A stretch of DNA of 64,000 nucleotides from positions 1,860,001 through 1,924,000 of the forward strand of contig CAXHJY010000096.1 of assembly GCA_964016885.1 (NCBI GenBank), in the 5' to 3' direction. The stretch's first letter is position 1. Every line of letters starts with the position of its first letter. This document shows, one piece after another, positions 63,201 to 64,000 of the stretch. The position numbers and the translations under genes were made by a program. The notes beneath the pieces were generated by a model. That model saw only the letters and a program-made list of their open reading frames with translations, ran no database searches and was not told the origin of the DNA. The stretch comes from Eledone cirrhosa (Eukaryota).

Positions 63201-64000
63201 AAGGGAAGATAATTTCCAGCCCTCCAAGGGGCTATAATTTCCAGCGTCCAAGGGGAGATAATTTCCAGCCAGCGAAGGGGAGATAATTTTTTTTTCAAAA
63301 TCATTGGGAGATTTGTAAAAAAAATCAGGGGGAGATAATTTGTAAAAAAAATCAAGGGGAGATAATTTCCAGCCGTCCAAGGGGAGGTAATATCTAGCCG
63401 TCCAAGGGGAGATAATTTCCAGCCGTCCAAGGGTAGATAATATCCAGCCGTCCAAGGACATATTTTCCAGCCGTCCAAGGAGAGGTAATTTCTAGCCGTC
63501 CAAGGGGAGATAAATTCCAGCCTCCAAGGGGAGATAATTTCCAGCCAGCCAAGGGGAGATAATTTGTAAAATAATCAGGGGGAGATAATTTGTAAAAAAA
63601 ATCAGGGGGAGATAATTTGTAAAAAAAAATCAGGGGGAGATAATTTGTAAAAAAAAATCAGGGGGAGATAATTTGTAAAAAAAATCAGGGGGAGATAATT
63701 TGTAAAAAAAATCAAGGGGAGATCATTTCCAGCCGTCCAAGGGAGATAATTTTCAGCCGTCCAAGGGGAGATAATTTCCCGCCAGCCAAGGGAAGATAAT
63801 ATTTAAAAAAATCAGGCGGAGATAATTTGTAAAAAAAATCAGGGGGAGATAATTTGTAAAAAAATCAGGGGGAGATAATTTGTAAAAGAAAAATCAGGGG
63901 GAGATAATTTGTAAAAAAAATCAGGGGGAGATAATTTGTAAAAAAAAATCAGGGGTAGATAATTTGTAAAAAAAAATCAGGGGGAGATAATTTGTAAAAA
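51225..64000 (+). repeat. 13.4-kb higher-order repeat, copy 3 (expanded by an internal 4141-bp duplication; truncated by window end)
   Basis: Offsets to copy 2 are 13403 (38427/51830) and then 13428 (40474/53902). After ~57 kb it matches copy 1 at +30968 (27075/58043, 32151/63119). Confidence 0.9.
52790..61125 (+). repeat. Tandem duplication, period 4141 bp (2 copies), specific to HOR copy 3
   Basis: ORF pairs 52997/57138, 53902/58043, 54506/58647, 55823/59964 and 56461/60602 are all offset by 4141. Confidence 0.93.

Larger units (their letters stand above)
1..64000 (+). repeat. Composite two-monomer satellite array (25-bp B and 26-30-bp A monomers), head-to-tail, running off both window ends
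   Basis: The core GGGGAGATAATTT, or a variant with 1-4 nt changed, recurs every 23-30 bp throughout. It is followed by either GT(A)nTCA or CCAGCCGTCCAA. No reverse-complement copies and no non-repeat sequence were seen. Confidence 0.99.

Noticed and set aside
326-63478. About 200 minus-strand ORFs of 60-205 aa
   Set aside because: They overlap in multiple frames, mostly begin at non-ATG codons, and shift frame with homopolymer length. They are simply translations of the two monomers, with no recognisable domain or codon-preserving pattern.
1-64000. CRISPR-like repeat-spacer array
   Set aside because: The constant part is only ~16 bp, and the 'spacers' are 9-14 bp of just two recurring types rather than unique sequences. 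There is no leader and no cas genes.
1-64000. Telomerase-synthesised telomeric repeat (G-rich strand, ~25-bp unit as in some yeasts)
   Set aside because: Multi-kb higher-order duplications with inherited point variants indicate recombinational amplification rather than templated addition, and there is no match to telomere motifs I know. A subtelomeric location cannot be excluded.
1-64000. Canonical G-quadruplex array from the G4-G5 runs
   Set aside because: The G runs are separated by ~21-23 nt, far longer than canonical 1-7 nt loops. Stable intramolecular G4 is not supported without experiment.
1-64000. Pure sequencing/assembly artefact or synthetic low-complexity sequence
   Set aside because: Hierarchically shared diagnostic variants and nested duplications of differing divergence are what an evolved satellite shows. 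The exact copy number of the largest units still needs read support.
1-64000. Embedded transposon, inversion, rRNA/tRNA gene or unique island
   Set aside because: Reading through the window I found no stretch departing from the A/B monomers and no reverse-oriented core (AAATTATCTCCCC) on the + strand.

Overview
The whole 64 kb window is one uninterrupted, single-orientation satellite (tandem repeat) array of roughly 2,400 monomers (64 kb / ~26 bp). I see no genes, RNA genes, transposons or unique sequence. Two monomers share a 16-bp core, CA(A/G)GGGGAGATAATTT, and differ in what follows it. Type A is TCAGGGGGAGATAATTTGT(A)7-11 (26-30 bp, modal 27-28, ~30% GC). Type B is CCAGCCGTCCAAGGGGAGATAATTT (25 bp, ~52% GC). 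They alternate in homogeneous runs joined by stereotyped junction monomers. Nested higher-order duplications sit on top: about 50, 98, 217, 411, 1501, 1965, 4141, 4631 and ~13,400 bp. The left ~22 kb is a shuffled patchwork of modules; from ~24.4 kb onward it is a near-identical 13.4-kb higher-order repeat (HOR). All listed ORFs are artefacts of translating the minus strand of the repeat. The architecture is typical of eukaryotic heterochromatic, centromeric or subtelomeric satellite, but neither the organism nor the function can be determined from sequence alone, and I do not recognise the monomer as a named family. Periods come from offsets between matching ORF-track entries and diagnostic variants, read by eye; breakpoints are approximate (tens of bp).
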